Source: Spirochaetia bacterium
GTDB lineage: Bacteria; Spirochaetota; Spirochaetia; DSM-2461
Length of the DNA: 64,000 nt
Assembly: GCA_963668315.1 (NCBI GenBank)
Contig: OY764216.1
Span: forward strand, 416,001-480,000
Direction: 5' to 3'
In this document: piece after piece, positions 1-9,220 of the stretch
Numbering within the stretch: the stretch's first letter is position 1
Layout: every line of letters starts with the position of its first letter
Made by a program: the position numbers and the translations under genes
Notes under the pieces: generated by a model
Database searches by the model: none
Told to the model about the DNA's origin: nothing
The model's input: only the letters and a program-made list of their open reading frames with translations

Positions 1-288
1 GAGCTCTTCGCCGCCGACAAAGGCTGCTCCGGCTTCCTCGGCTTCTTTAGCTTTGTCACCCTTTGCAAAAACAAGAACTCTCTTCTCACCCTTGAACTGA
101 TTGGGAAGAACCAGTGTATCGCGGATGGAATGACTTTTTTTGATATTCAGTTTAACGGAGACATCAACGGTTTCGTCAAACTTGGCGAAAGCGATCTCTT
201 TAACAAGGCCGATAGCCTCTTCAACTCCGTAGAACTTTCCGGCTTCCACTTTCGTAGAAGCTTCCTGATATTTCTTTCCTCTTTTCAC
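1..288 (-). CDS. rplA: 50S ribosomal protein L1 (5' part, truncated by window edge)
   Basis: Hand translation from GTG at 288: [10 protein letters not shown]...[14 protein letters not shown]...[27 protein letters not shown]. Follows rplK. Confidence 0.97.
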   Translation of the reverse strand, partial: MKRGKKYQEASTKVEAGKFYGVEEAIGLVKEIAFAKFDETVDVSVKLNIKKSHSIRDTLVLPNQFKGEKRVLVFAKGDKAKEAEEAGAAFVGGEEL

Positions 289-291
289 GGA

Positions 292-723
292 CTAGCCCTC
301 CACCTTTACGCCCATGCTTCGGGCGGTTCCGGCAATGATCTTAATCGCCGCTTCAATGTCGTTAGCATTCAGGTCAGGCATTTTCGTTTCCGCAATACCC
401 TTCAGCTGCTCTCTGGTAATAGTGGCGACCTTAGTCTTGTGAGGTTCGGGAGACCCTTTACCCAGATTCAGTACTTTCTTAATAAGTACAGCAGCGGGGG
501 GAGTCTTAGTGATAAATGTAAAGCTTCTGTCACTGAAAACAGAAATTACAACGGGGATAAGCAAACCGGCCTCAACATTTTTCGTACGGTCGTTGAACTG
601 CTGTACGAACTGAGGAGCAGGTACTCCGTGGGGACCAAGTGCAGGTCCTACAGGAGGAGCCGGCGTAGCTTTCTGAGCAGGAACCTGCAGCTTAATCTGC
701 GCAATTTCCTTTTTCTTAGCCAT
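292..723 (-). CDS. rplK: 50S ribosomal protein L11
   Basis: [20 protein letters not shown] and KMPDLNA motifs; nusG-rplK-rplA order. Confidence 0.99.
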   Translation of the reverse strand: MAKKKEIAQIKLQVPAQKATPAPPVGPALGPHGVPAPQFVQQFNDRTKNVEAGLLIPVVISVFSDRSFTFITKTPPAAVLIKKVLNLGKGSPEPHKTKVATITREQLKGIAETKMPDLNANDIEAAIKIIAGTARSMGVKVEG

Positions 724-737
724 GTATTTCTCCTTCG

Positions 738-773
738 TGGTATTAACGCGCCGCCCTTAGAGCGGAGCTCCCA
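738..773 (-). promoter_or_regulatory. Putative L1-binding autogenous translational operator in the rplK leader
   Basis: Minus strand reads UGGGAGC-(hairpin)-GCGUUAAUACCA just before the SD, resembling the GGGAG...GCGxxAxxACC L1 site of rplK leaders. Confidence 0.65.
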
Positions 774-796
774 TCATATATACGCCCTACAGGCGC

Positions 797-830
797 AAAA
801 ACCTTCCTCACCCAAACGGGGCCGGAAGGC
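797..830 (-). terminator. Hairpin plus U-tract between nusG and rplK
   Basis: Minus strand GCCUUCC...GGAAGGUUUUU. Confidence 0.5.
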
Positions 831-861
831 TTATCAACATAAATTATCTATCAAAGAACAG

Positions 862-1416
862 CTAAAGCCGCTCTACCTGATTAAAGGCCACTTCCACAGG
901 GGTATTTCTTCCGAAAATACCTACCATAACACGAAGCTTACCCTTCTCCTGGTTGATCTCTTCCACGACACCCGTGAAGGTCTCGAAAGGACCATCCACA
1001 ATACGCAGTTCTTCACCGAGAACAAACTCCTGCCTGACCTGATAGCGTCTTTCCGACTTGAGCTCACCGGCCTGCTGCAGAATAGCCTTGGCCTCTTCAT
1101 TCGTGATAGGCTGAGGCTTACTGCCTGCCAGCGTACCGACAAATCCGGTCACACCGTCGATACGGCGTATCTCATTGCAGGGGATTTTCCAGCCGCGGTC
1201 CGGAAGATCCATCTCAAGCATAATATAACCGGGGAGAATTTTTCTAGAGACGTTTTTCTTCTTTCCGTCTTTAACTTCTACTACATCTTCCGCAGGGACC
1301 TTAACATCACTTACGTAATCGGCTATCGTTCCGTCTTCCATTTTAAGACGGATGAATTTTTCCACTTTGTTTTCGTACCCGGTGTAAACCTGAAGTACAT
1401 ACCAGCCTTTAGCCAT
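862..1416 (-). CDS. nusG: Transcription termination/antitermination factor NusG
   Basis: WYVLQVYTGYENKV, PGY, and KOW domain (DGPF...IFGRNTPVE). Confidence 0.99.
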   Translation of the reverse strand: MAKGWYVLQVYTGYENKVEKFIRLKMEDGTIADYVSDVKVPAEDVVEVKDGKKKNVSRKILPGYIMLEMDLPDRGWKIPCNEIRRIDGVTGFVGTLAGSKPQPITNEEAKAILQQAGELKSERRYQVRQEFVLGEELRIVDGPFETFTGVVEEINQEKGKLRVMVGIFGRNTPVEVAFNQVERL

Positions 1417-1445
1417 ATACCCTGCCTATTTAATTAACCGATGCT

Positions 1446-1628
1446 TTAGAAAAGAGCGATGAGCCCCTTTGTTAAAGCGTAATCCACAATACCGAAAAAC
1501 ACAGAAAACAAAACTGTAGAGACAAGAACAACCTTGGTGGAATCAACAACACGATCCCAGGAAGGCCACACTACTTTCTTTAATTCTGCATAGGATTCGT
1601 GAAAAAAAGAAGTTACTACATTCGGCAT
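1446..1628 (-). CDS. secE: Preprotein translocase SecE
   Basis: ELKKVVWPS motif plus one TM helix, upstream of nusG. Confidence 0.97.
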   Translation of the reverse strand: MPNVVTSFFHESYAELKKVVWPSWDRVVDSTKVVLVSTVLFSVFFGIVDYALTKGLIALF

Positions 1629-1652
1629 TTTATTACCTCCGAATAAAAAAAA

Positions 1653-1726
1653 CAGGTCAGGTAGGATTCGAACCTACAACATCCGGTTTTGGAGACCGGC
1701 GCTCTAGCCATTGGAGCTACTGACCT
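1653..1726 (-). tRNA. tRNA-Trp (CCA anticodon), 3' CCA not encoded
   Basis: Minus strand AGGTCAGTAGCTCCAATGGCTAGAGCGCCGGTCTCCAAAACCGGATGTTGTAGGTTCGAATCCTACCTGACCTG folds as a cloverleaf. Confidence 0.97.
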
Positions 1727-1734
1727 GGGTTAAA

Positions 1735-1911
1735 CTATTTAATCTTCGTCTCTTTATGAAGAGTCGAAGTCTTACACCACTTGCAATACTTTTTGAGCTC
1801 CAGCTTACCCTGGATATTTCTTCTATTTTTTTCAGTGGTATAATTACGACGCTTACATTCAGGACACTGGAGAGCAATCTTCTCTACAGCACCTTTTGAT
1901 TTCTTAGCCAT
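1735..1911 (-). CDS. rpmG: 50S ribosomal protein L33 (Zn-ribbon C+ type, 58 aa; absent from ORF track)
   Basis: Hand translation [58 protein letters not shown]. Confidence 0.97.
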   Translation of the reverse strand: MAKKSKGAVEKIALQCPECKRRNYTTEKNRRNIQGKLELKKYCKWCKTSTLHKETKIK

Positions 1912-1951
1912 GTCCTAATTCTCCTCAATGTTTCAATGAAGCAAAAAAAAG

Positions 1952-2024
1952 AGCCTCCGACCGGACTTGAACCGGTGACCCCATCCTTACCATGGATGTG
2001 CTCTACCGACTGAGCTACAGAGGC
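1952..2024 (-). tRNA. tRNA-Thr (GGT anticodon), 3' CCA not encoded
   Basis: Minus strand GCCTCTGTAGCTCAGTCGGTAGAGCACATCCATGGTAAGGATGGGGTCACCGGTTCAAGTCCGGTCGGAGGCT. Confidence 0.97.
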
Positions 2025-2041
2025 AAAATTGATGCTCGACA

Positions 2042-2071
2042 AACATAGCAAAAAGAAGGACTAAGTGTCAA
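2042..2071 (-). promoter_or_regulatory. Sigma70-type promoter of the tRNA-Thr/rpmG operon
   Basis: TTGACA-18 nt-TATGTT with TGn extension on the minus strand. Confidence 0.6.
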
Positions 2072-2101
2072 TAGATTAATCTTTTTTTTTTCAGTTTTCC
2101 C

Positions 2102-3496
2102 CTAAAGAGGCCGAATCAGATTGCCATAGGAACGGTACAAACCTTTGATTCCGTCGGACAACTCTCTATACCGGGAAAACTTATCTCGGTAATAGGCCGC
2201 ATCCTGCGGCTCTATCACTTCCCTTGATCTGTAAAGAGAGACCGCTCCTTCCCTGAGCGAAGAGAAGCCGCCCTCACCCGTCAGAAAAATCACCAGTCCC
2301 CCCAGCAGCTCGGCATCAGCCACTTCCGGCACCTCAATCGGCCTGTTGAGCATATCCGCTTTCATTCGGTTCCACAGAGGACTTTTCGCCTGCCCCCCCA
2401 CCGTCACGATCCGCGCAGCAGGACCTCCCTCCTCTTCCAGAATGGAAAGCCCCCTTTTCAGAGCGTATCCGATGGCTTCGAGAACAGACCGCCCCAGTTC
2501 AAAGCGGTCCATCCCCGGTTCAAGCCCCAGAAGCATCCCGCCGGAAAATTCCCAGAGACCTCCGTCATTCAGGGAAGGGAAAAAATCGGGAAGTTTGTTT
2601 CGGTCGGTTCCGGTAATCCCTTCCATCGTACGCCGATAGGTCCAGGAATCCTGCCCGGTAAGCCGACGGTACCACTCAAAAAGGGCACCCGTGGAGGAGA
2701 GAATAATGGAACCGTTCCATACCCCTTCCCGCGCGCTGGGGTGGGGCAGAAAGCGGACGTGATCATGGTTCCGCCCGGTGGGGACAATAACATTCAGCCC
2801 CTCCGATGTCCCCGCCCTGTCGCATACGACACCCGGCTCAACCGCGCCGGCCCCCAGCAGGGATGTATAGAAATCACTTCCCGCGCCATAAACCGGGATC
2901 CCTTCGGGAAGTCCGGTAAGCCGGGCTCCTTCTCCGGAAAGAAAGGCTTCGGTTTTTTCGCCCAGATAGCGGTAGGGAGGAAAGATTCTGCTGTCAAATC
3001 CGTTGACGGAAAGGGATTCGTCCGTCCAGATGTAGGGGTTGAAGGGTTCTCCCGACGATACGGTGAGCTTCTCTCCGGTTAAGCGGTAAAGAATATACTC
3101 ACTGCAGCCCAGGAGACAATCGGTCTTTTCAAACAGATTCGGCTTCGAGAGGCGGTAACTGTCGACCAGGGGCAGATACAGAGACGGACCTTTGGCGGTT
3201 CCCTTACGGGCATCGTACCACATGAGAGCCGGACCGAGGGCCCTCCCGTGTCGGTCCAGGGGCACCAGAGTGGGACCGTGACCGGAAATCACAATCCCTT
3301 TGACGAAAGCAGAGTCACCTCCGCTCCCTGTGAATCTTTTCAGAAAGTCCGCCAGAGCCTGAACCCACCAATCCGGATCAAAGCCATCCGCCGCCGGCTT
3401 GGGAAGGACAAGCCTGTCATAATAGGAGAGATCTCCGTCATCGGAAAACAGCCCTCCTTTCAGAGATGTGGTTCCGATATCGACGGTTAAAATCAT
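2102..3496 (-). CDS. FGGY-family carbohydrate kinase (xylulokinase-like)
   Basis: DIGTTSLKG, WYDAR, GTS and VGGQAKSPLWNRMKAD motifs. Confidence 0.88.
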   Translation of the reverse strand: MILTVDIGTTSLKGGLFSDDGDLSYYDRLVLPKPAADGFDPDWWVQALADFLKRFTGSGGDSAFVKGIVISGHGPTLVPLDRHGRALGPALMWYDARKGTAKGPSLYLPLVDSYRLSKPNLFEKTDCLLGCSEYILYRLTGEKLTVSSGEPFNPYIWTDESLSVNGFDSRIFPPYRYLGEKTEAFLSGEGARLTGLPEGIPVYGAGSDFYTSLLGAGAVEPGVVCDRAGTSEGLNVIVPTGRNHDHVRFLPHPSAREGVWNGSIILSSTGALFEWYRRLTGQDSWTYRRTMEGITGTDRNKLPDFFPSLNDGGLWEFSGGMLLGLEPGMDRFELGRSVLEAIGYALKRGLSILEEEGGPAARIVTVGGQAKSPLWNRMKADMLNRPIEVPEVADAELLGGLVIFLTGEGGFSSLREGAVSLYRSREVIEPQDAAYYRDKFSRYRELSDGIKGLYRSYGNLIRPL

Positions 3497-4725
3497 TTTT
3501 TCAGCAGACGCTGGATCATCTTGCTATTATCCAGCAGAGGTGAAACGGAGCGGTTATGGTGCAGCCGGGAAATGGTACGGGCGAAAAGATTGGCCACATC
3601 GGCAGAGAGATACCACTCTCTCTCCAGGATTTCCTTGGGAAGGGCTACGGCGTTCGTCCCCACCATATAGGAGAAAAGGCCCTCCTCATAGGCGCGGTCA
3701 AAATGTTCCACGGCATTACCGGAGAAAAGAGGCAGGGAAATGGAACCGATGAACTCCTTCGCCCCGTTATCCCGGAGAAGCTTCATCGCCTTAATGAATG
3801 TTCCGCCCGTACCCAGAAGGTCATCGTTCATGAACACGGTTTTCCCTTCCACGTCTCCGAGAAGGCGGGAATTGGTAATATTCGATTCATTGGCGCTTCG
3901 GGATGCCCGGGAATAATCCCGCTCCTTATAGATAAGGGCCAGGGGCTTTTTCATGGAGTCGGCATAGAATTTATTACGTTCGATGGCGCCGATATCGGGA
4001 GAAACGATGGTGAGAGCATCGCTGTCGAGGTCGAGGTAGGGCTTGAGTGTTCTGAGGATCTGATAGGAGGCATGCAGATTTTCCAGAGCCAGACTCGTGA
4101 AGGCGTGCTCAATTTCCTTGGAGTGAATATCCAGCGTGATAATCCGCTTGATCCCCATTCCCTCGAAAATATGTCCCAGACTGGAGGCGGTCAGCCCCTC
4201 GCGGCCTTTTCTCTTGTGCTGCCGGCTGTACGGATAGGTGGGGAGAACAAGGGAAACCCGCCGGGCTCCCGCCTGCAGAGCGGCATCGATGGTAACAAAA
4301 AGGCTCATCAGATGATCATTGACAGAAAGGGTCTCCAGCTCATCGGAACCGGAGAATTTCACGGGATTGCGGTTTTCCACATCCTGGACAATATAGATAT
4401 CCATCCCTTTGATGGAGTGGAGTATCTCGGTTTTAATTTCGCCGTTGGCAAAACGGGTGTATTTAGTAGGAACCTTGAAGGAGGGCATTCGGTAATCCGA
4501 AGCGTTCCCCACGGGAGAAACCCGGTGACTGTTGATATCGTCGGCCATATTCAGCCGCCGAATCATCTCCTCTCTGGGGAGATCATACATTTTAGAAATA
4601 AAAAGCGCCTTTTTCTCGAAACGGCGCTGATAAATCATTTTCAGGTGAGATGTGATTTCATTGGCGAAATTCTCACCCCCTGGACAGGCGATTACCCCCA
4701 GAGTGGTAGGCTTGGAAAATCCCAT
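3493..4725 (-). CDS. prs: Ribose-phosphate pyrophosphokinase (long form with N-terminal insertion)
   Basis: RFANGE, PYSRQ, LDIHS, VSPDIG and DDLLGTGGT motifs. Confidence 0.95.
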   Translation of the reverse strand: MGFSKPTTLGVIACPGGENFANEITSHLKMIYQRRFEKKALFISKMYDLPREEMIRRLNMADDINSHRVSPVGNASDYRMPSFKVPTKYTRFANGEIKTEILHSIKGMDIYIVQDVENRNPVKFSGSDELETLSVNDHLMSLFVTIDAALQAGARRVSLVLPTYPYSRQHKRKGREGLTASSLGHIFEGMGIKRIITLDIHSKEIEHAFTSLALENLHASYQILRTLKPYLDLDSDALTIVSPDIGAIERNKFYADSMKKPLALIYKERDYSRASRSANESNITNSRLLGDVEGKTVFMNDDLLGTGGTFIKAMKLLRDNGAKEFIGSISLPLFSGNAVEHFDRAYEEGLFSYMVGTNAVALPKEILEREWYLSADVANLFARTISRLHHNRSVSPLLDNSKMIQRLLKK

Positions 4726-4781
4726 GGATAGCCCTCATTTTTACAAGATGATAACAGAATAACATAGAGAAAAAGGCGGGG

Positions 4782-5393
4782 TCAAGCATAGTGGGACGTA
4801 TCGTCCCGACTCTCTACATTCTTAAAAAGCCCGTTCTCAAAACGAAGCACCGAAAGACTGGCCGGCTGCAGGAAAGGAGGAGCCCAAAAATCCTTGAGAT
4901 CCCGTCTCTCATAATGGTTCAGAATGCTCTTCAATAGAGCTCCGTGGCTGACGATAAGGATATCATCATCCTCGCCGTGCTCACTGACAATCTCCTCTAT
5001 CCGGCCGACGGCCCTTTTCCTGATATCTTCAAAATCCTCGCCGCCGGTAAGCTTTTTGTCAAAGGTTTCAGGACTGTTCCAAAACTGATCGACCACCGGT
5101 TCCAGCTCAGGCCTTATCCGCCCGAAGCATTCCCCTTCAAGCAGACCCAGGTCGATCTCCATAAAGGCTTCGTCCGGGATGAATTCCTGATTCAAATTCA
5201 TAAGTCCCGCCGTTTCCCGGGTCCTCTCAAGGGGGCTGCAGAAACAGGCGGCAAAGGTTTTCCCCTCCAGACTCCGCCCCAGGCGCCGAGCCTGTTCACG
5301 CCCCTCTTCAAGAAGGGGGGAATTCTTCTGCCCCTGAAACCTTTTTGCCCGGTTCCATTCTGTTTTTCCATGTCTAACAAGATATAATCTCAT
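4782..5393 (-). CDS. Histidine phosphatase family protein
   Basis: LVRHGKTEWN, SPLERTRET and VSHG motifs. Confidence 0.92.
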   Translation of the reverse strand: MRLYLVRHGKTEWNRAKRFQGQKNSPLLEEGREQARRLGRSLEGKTFAACFCSPLERTRETAGLMNLNQEFIPDEAFMEIDLGLLEGECFGRIRPELEPVVDQFWNSPETFDKKLTGGEDFEDIRKRAVGRIEEIVSEHGEDDDILIVSHGALLKSILNHYERRDLKDFWAPPFLQPASLSVLRFENGLFKNVESRDDTSHYA

Positions 5394-5457
5394 CGATGAA
5401 CCTCAACCCCTTATACCAGAAATCAATATAAGGGGTCAACGGGAACCGGGGCCGGGG

Positions 5458-5964
5458 TCACCCCTTCAGGGCCTTAAGCGCCTCTTCATAGTCGGGCTCA
5501 TGGGAGACTTCCTGAACCTGCTGCCGATAGACAACTTTGCCGCTCTTGTCCACAATGACTACGGCCCGGGAAAGCAGACCGGCCATGGGTGAATCATCGG
5601 CAAATGCCACGCCGTAATCCGTTCCGAACTCGCGGTTACGGAAAACAGAACCGGTATAGACATCCTTCAGACCCTCGGCCACGCAGAAACGTTCAGCGGC
5701 GAAGGGAAGATCGGCGGAGACGCAAAGGACAACCGTATCCTCCAGGGAAGAGGCTTCCTGATTGAATCGCCTCACCGAGGCGGCGCACGTTGATGTATCA
5801 AGGCTGGGAAAAATATTCAGGACAATATTCTTACCTTTGAAATCTTCCAGGGAGAGAGGAGCCAGCCCCTTTCCCGCCAAAGTAAACGGGGGCGCCGCTG
5901 TACCCGGAACGGGCAGCTCACCGACAGTCTTAGTAGGATTTCCCCCTACTGTAATATCAGCCAT
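5458..5964 (-). CDS. tpx: Thiol peroxidase (atypical 2-Cys peroxiredoxin)
   Basis: FPSLDTSTC and SADLPFAAERFC. Confidence 0.96.
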   Translation of the reverse strand: MADITVGGNPTKTVGELPVPGTAAPPFTLAGKGLAPLSLEDFKGKNIVLNIFPSLDTSTCAASVRRFNQEASSLEDTVVLCVSADLPFAAERFCVAEGLKDVYTGSVFRNREFGTDYGVAFADDSPMAGLLSRAVVIVDKSGKVVYRQQVQEVSHEPDYEEALKALKG

Positions 5965-6074
5965 AATCAGTCCTCCTTATATGGCATGAGAGCCGAGAAC
6001 TGCTCACGGAGGTGAGAGGGGGCTCTCTTTCCCACTGGGTTATAGGTAAAAGATTCATAATCGGGAAGGAAAAA

Positions 6075-6944
6075 TCAAGAAAAAAAGTCAATAAGCAGAG
6101 AATTTACTTCATCGGGCTTTTCAATACTGACCGTATGCCCCGTTTCCTCAAAAAGATGGACCGGAATGTCTGGCCGGTATTTTTCCGCCAGCTCCCTTGC
6201 CTCGGGGGGATCGAAATAGATCTCCTCCTCACCCATAAGAATAAGGGTCCTGAGGGGCAGCCCTTTCCACTCTTCCCGGGTGAGCTCCCGGGGGAACAGG
6301 GGGAGATTGGGGAGAAAACCGGTTACCGCGGCGTACTGCAGATTCTCATAGTCCCGGTCGGGATAGAAATGGGCGGCATACTGCTTGCCTATAAGACGAC
6401 GGATTTCCGGCTTTTTCCCGGCCAGTATCACGGCCACGGCTTCGCGCAGGAGGGAGACGGGAATCATGCGGAAAAGGGGGACCGGCGAGAGCAGGGCCAG
6501 GGAAGAGACTCGGAGGGGGTACTTCAGGGCAAAGCGGGCCGCATGCCAGCCTCCCAGGGAAAATCCGCCGAGCCGGACAGAGTCCAGATTCAGGCTGTCC
6601 AGAAGTTCATTCAGCCAGCCGGCCCAGTGGTCGGGCCTCAAGGCGATCTGCCTGTAACGGCTTATGCCCACATCGCCCAGCGTCTCGGGAAGATAGAGGC
6701 GGTAATTCCGGGAAAGCCCTTCAACCGAATAGCGCCACATCAGGGGGGTATTCATAAAACCGTGAAGCAGTACCAGAGGCGGCTTTTCCTTATCGCCGCA
6801 AACCATAAGATGGGTAATGCCGTAGGTGGTTCGGATTCGCTTCTCTTCATAGGGGACGGGCCACAGGGCCTGGTTTTCCCGGTACCGGCGGACAAAATCC
6901 TTGCGGCTCTGACTGCTGCGGAAGGAAGCGAAGGGGACTTTCAT
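6075..6944 (-). CDS. Alpha/beta-fold hydrolase
   Basis: LLHG, GFSLGG nucleophile and terminal GH. Start set at the ATG adjacent to the pyrC stop. Confidence 0.88.
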   Translation of the reverse strand: MKVPFASFRSSQSRKDFVRRYRENQALWPVPYEEKRIRTTYGITHLMVCGDKEKPPLVLLHGFMNTPLMWRYSVEGLSRNYRLYLPETLGDVGISRYRQIALRPDHWAGWLNELLDSLNLDSVRLGGFSLGGWHAARFALKYPLRVSSLALLSPVPLFRMIPVSLLREAVAVILAGKKPEIRRLIGKQYAAHFYPDRDYENLQYAAVTGFLPNLPLFPRELTREEWKGLPLRTLILMGEEEIYFDPPEARELAEKYRPDIPVHLFEETGHTVSIEKPDEVNSLLIDFFS

Positions 6945-6945
6945 C

Positions 6946-7965
6946 TTAAACCGGACGCCAGTCGAGCTCTTTTCCCGCCATGAAGGGAACAACCCCGGAA
7001 TACTCTTCGGGAACGGTCCATTTCTCCCTGCGGAAAGTCAAGGTCCCGCGATTCTTCTCGAGGCCGTAGAAAGCGGCGCCGTGGAGGGAAAAGAATTTTT
7101 CCAGAAGATCCAGGTGTCCCTGCTCTTCAAACAACGCGACAAGAAGGGGCAGCGCCACGGGGGACGTGAAGATTCCCGCCGCTCCGGAGGGACATTCCTT
7201 CTTCTCCCTGGGATGGGGGGCGCTGTCCGATCCGAAAAAGATCTTTTCCGATCCGGAAAAAACCAGGTCCCGAATTTCCCGGCGGTCGGCATCGGTCTTG
7301 GGGAGGGGACGGCAGAACAGATGGGGGTTCAGTCCGCCGCCCAGAAGATCTTCCTGGGTCAGGAGAAGATGATGGGCCGTCACGGTGGCGGCGACATTAC
7401 CGGGAAGGGAGGAAACCATCTCGGCCCCTTCGGCACTGGAAATGTGCTCAAAAACCATTCTCATCCCGGGAAAGGCTTCATGGATCTCCCTGAACCGGGG
7501 CAGAAAGAGCTGTTCCCGCTCCAGAGCGGGCCCCAGGGGATCTTCACCGTGGATGGAAAAAACCAGATCCCGCCGTTCCATCTCTTCCAGAGCTTCGGCA
7601 CAGAGCCGCCAGTCGGTCAGGCCGTCGGAGGAGTTGGTCGTCGCTCCGGCGGGATAATACTTCCCGGCCACGGCGCCCGCCTCGGCAAGCTCTCCCACCC
7701 GGGCGGCGGTCATACCCGGCATGAGCTTGAAAGTCATCAAAGGGGTAAAGCCCGGTCCTGCGGCCTTCCTGATAGCCCCTTCGTACTCTTTCATTCCCCG
7801 GGGATCGGTCACGGGGGGGACGGTATTGGGCATAACCAGCGCCCGGGCAAACCCCGCCTGAGCGGAAAGACGGGCATACTCCGCCATCGGCTCCCCCTGC
7901 CTCAGGTGGAGGTGAAAATCATCGGGAGCCTTAATAACGATTTTGTCTTTCCCTATCTCAGCCAT
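6946..7965 (-). CDS. pyrC: Dihydroorotase (homodimeric E. coli type)
   Basis: DDFHLHLR, KYYPAGATTNS and GSDSAPH. Start trimmed to ATG 7965. Confidence 0.95.
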   Translation of the reverse strand: MAEIGKDKIVIKAPDDFHLHLRQGEPMAEYARLSAQAGFARALVMPNTVPPVTDPRGMKEYEGAIRKAAGPGFTPLMTFKLMPGMTAARVGELAEAGAVAGKYYPAGATTNSSDGLTDWRLCAEALEEMERRDLVFSIHGEDPLGPALEREQLFLPRFREIHEAFPGMRMVFEHISSAEGAEMVSSLPGNVAATVTAHHLLLTQEDLLGGGLNPHLFCRPLPKTDADRREIRDLVFSGSEKIFFGSDSAPHPREKKECPSGAAGIFTSPVALPLLVALFEEQGHLDLLEKFFSLHGAAFYGLEKNRGTLTFRREKWTVPEEYSGVVPFMAGKELDWRPV

Positions 7966-8965
7966 GGGGGTTGATCTCCTCTCTTTCGCGCTGCCAGATG
8001 ACCCGGCCGGTCTTATCAATATAATAGAGCCCTTCCCCATCGGCCACCAGGGCCAGGCCGTTGGAAAAGTCTTCCCCGTAAAGGTAATTCGGGGGGATAA
8101 CCATGTTCCCCTCCTTATCGATATAACCGACATGGGATGTTCCCCGGGGGGTAACCTTGGCAAGCCCCTCGGAAAAGGATGAACCGAAGGTATAGACCGG
8201 TTCGACAGCGACCGTTCCTTCCCTGTCTATATAGCCGGTATAGCCGTCCTCCACAATAAAAGCCATCCCGTCGGAAAACGAACCGGCCTTACTGAAACGG
8301 GGCTCAATAACCCAATCGCCCTTCCGGTCGATATACCCCCCCTTGCCGTCCTTGACCGCCAGGGCCAGATCTTCGGAAAAGTCGTAGCACAGTTCGTATT
8401 CGAGGGGGATGACTTCCTCTCCCTTCTTATTGATGAAGCCGTAAAGCCGGTCCTTCTCGACAAGCGCCAGGCCGCCGGAAAAATCCCCGCAGTACCGGTA
8501 GGGGATCTGAAGGACCAGTTCTCCCTTTTTATTCATCAGCCAGGTCGAGGTCCCGTCGTATACGGGGGCGAGGGAATCGGTAAAGGTACCCCCCTGGACA
8601 AAACGGGGTTCGCTTATCCAGGATCCTTTCCGATCGATATAGCCGCATTTCTCATCCACGATAACGAGGGCGGCCTTTCCGGAAAAAGGAAAGGCCTGAT
8701 CGAAGGTGGGTTCAACGGCCCAATCCCCCTTTTCGTTGACATATCCGTACTTCCCATTCAGCCGGGCGGGAGCCAGTCCCTCGGAAAAGGAGCGCGCCTG
8801 CTCATAGAGGGGAGGCACGGCTTCCTGTCCCTCATTGTCGATATATCCCATGCGCACCGCTCCCGCTTCTTTGTCCAGTTCGTAGACCGGATACAGGGGC
8901 TTACCGCCGCAGGAGAAAAGAATTACCAAAGGGACAAGGGAACAGACAAGGGTTCGCAACTGCAA
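7958..8965 (-). CDS. WG/KWG-repeat lipoprotein
   Basis: Lipobox LFSC and about 7 repeats of FSEGLA.V...YGYID..G..VI.P. Confidence 0.9.
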   Translation of the reverse strand: MQLRTLVCSLVPLVILFSCGGKPLYPVYELDKEAGAVRMGYIDNEGQEAVPPLYEQARSFSEGLAPARLNGKYGYVNEKGDWAVEPTFDQAFPFSGKAALVIVDEKCGYIDRKGSWISEPRFVQGGTFTDSLAPVYDGTSTWLMNKKGELVLQIPYRYCGDFSGGLALVEKDRLYGFINKKGEEVIPLEYELCYDFSEDLALAVKDGKGGYIDRKGDWVIEPRFSKAGSFSDGMAFIVEDGYTGYIDREGTVAVEPVYTFGSSFSEGLAKVTPRGTSHVGYIDKEGNMVIPPNYLYGEDFSNGLALVADGEGLYYIDKTGRVIWQREREEINPHG

Positions 8966-9031
8966 TTTTACACCTCTTTCGAATGGGGAGATCTTCCCTA
9001 TTTTCTATTATATAATTATAATGAGGTCAAT

Positions 9032-9220
9032 ATGGAAAAAGATGAGTACATCGCCTATCTGAGCTTGAGGGCTGAGGAATGCGGCTACGGCGAAGAGATT
9101 CTGAAAAACATAAGAGAAGCCCTGACCGGAGGAGATATGAAGCTCTACGACAGACTTCACAGAATATCCGAACCGGAGTTCCGAAAATGGTGCCTCTCCG
9201 CGAATAAGGAGCAAAATTAA
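9032..9220 (+). CDS. Small hypothetical protein coupled to lysA
   Basis: TATAAT and GAGG upstream; TAATG overlap with the lysA start. Confidence 0.6.
   Translation: MEKDEYIAYLSLRAEECGYGEEILKNIREALTGGDMKLYDRLHRISEPEFRKWCLSANKEQN

Noticed and set aside
130..1437. 435-aa plus-strand ORF
   Set aside because: Antisense shadow of rplA, rplK and nusG, with no recognisable motifs.
1912..1951. Missing tuf between tRNA-Thr and rpmG
   Set aside because: No remnant is visible. tuf location varies among bacteria, so this is not evidence of a deletion.
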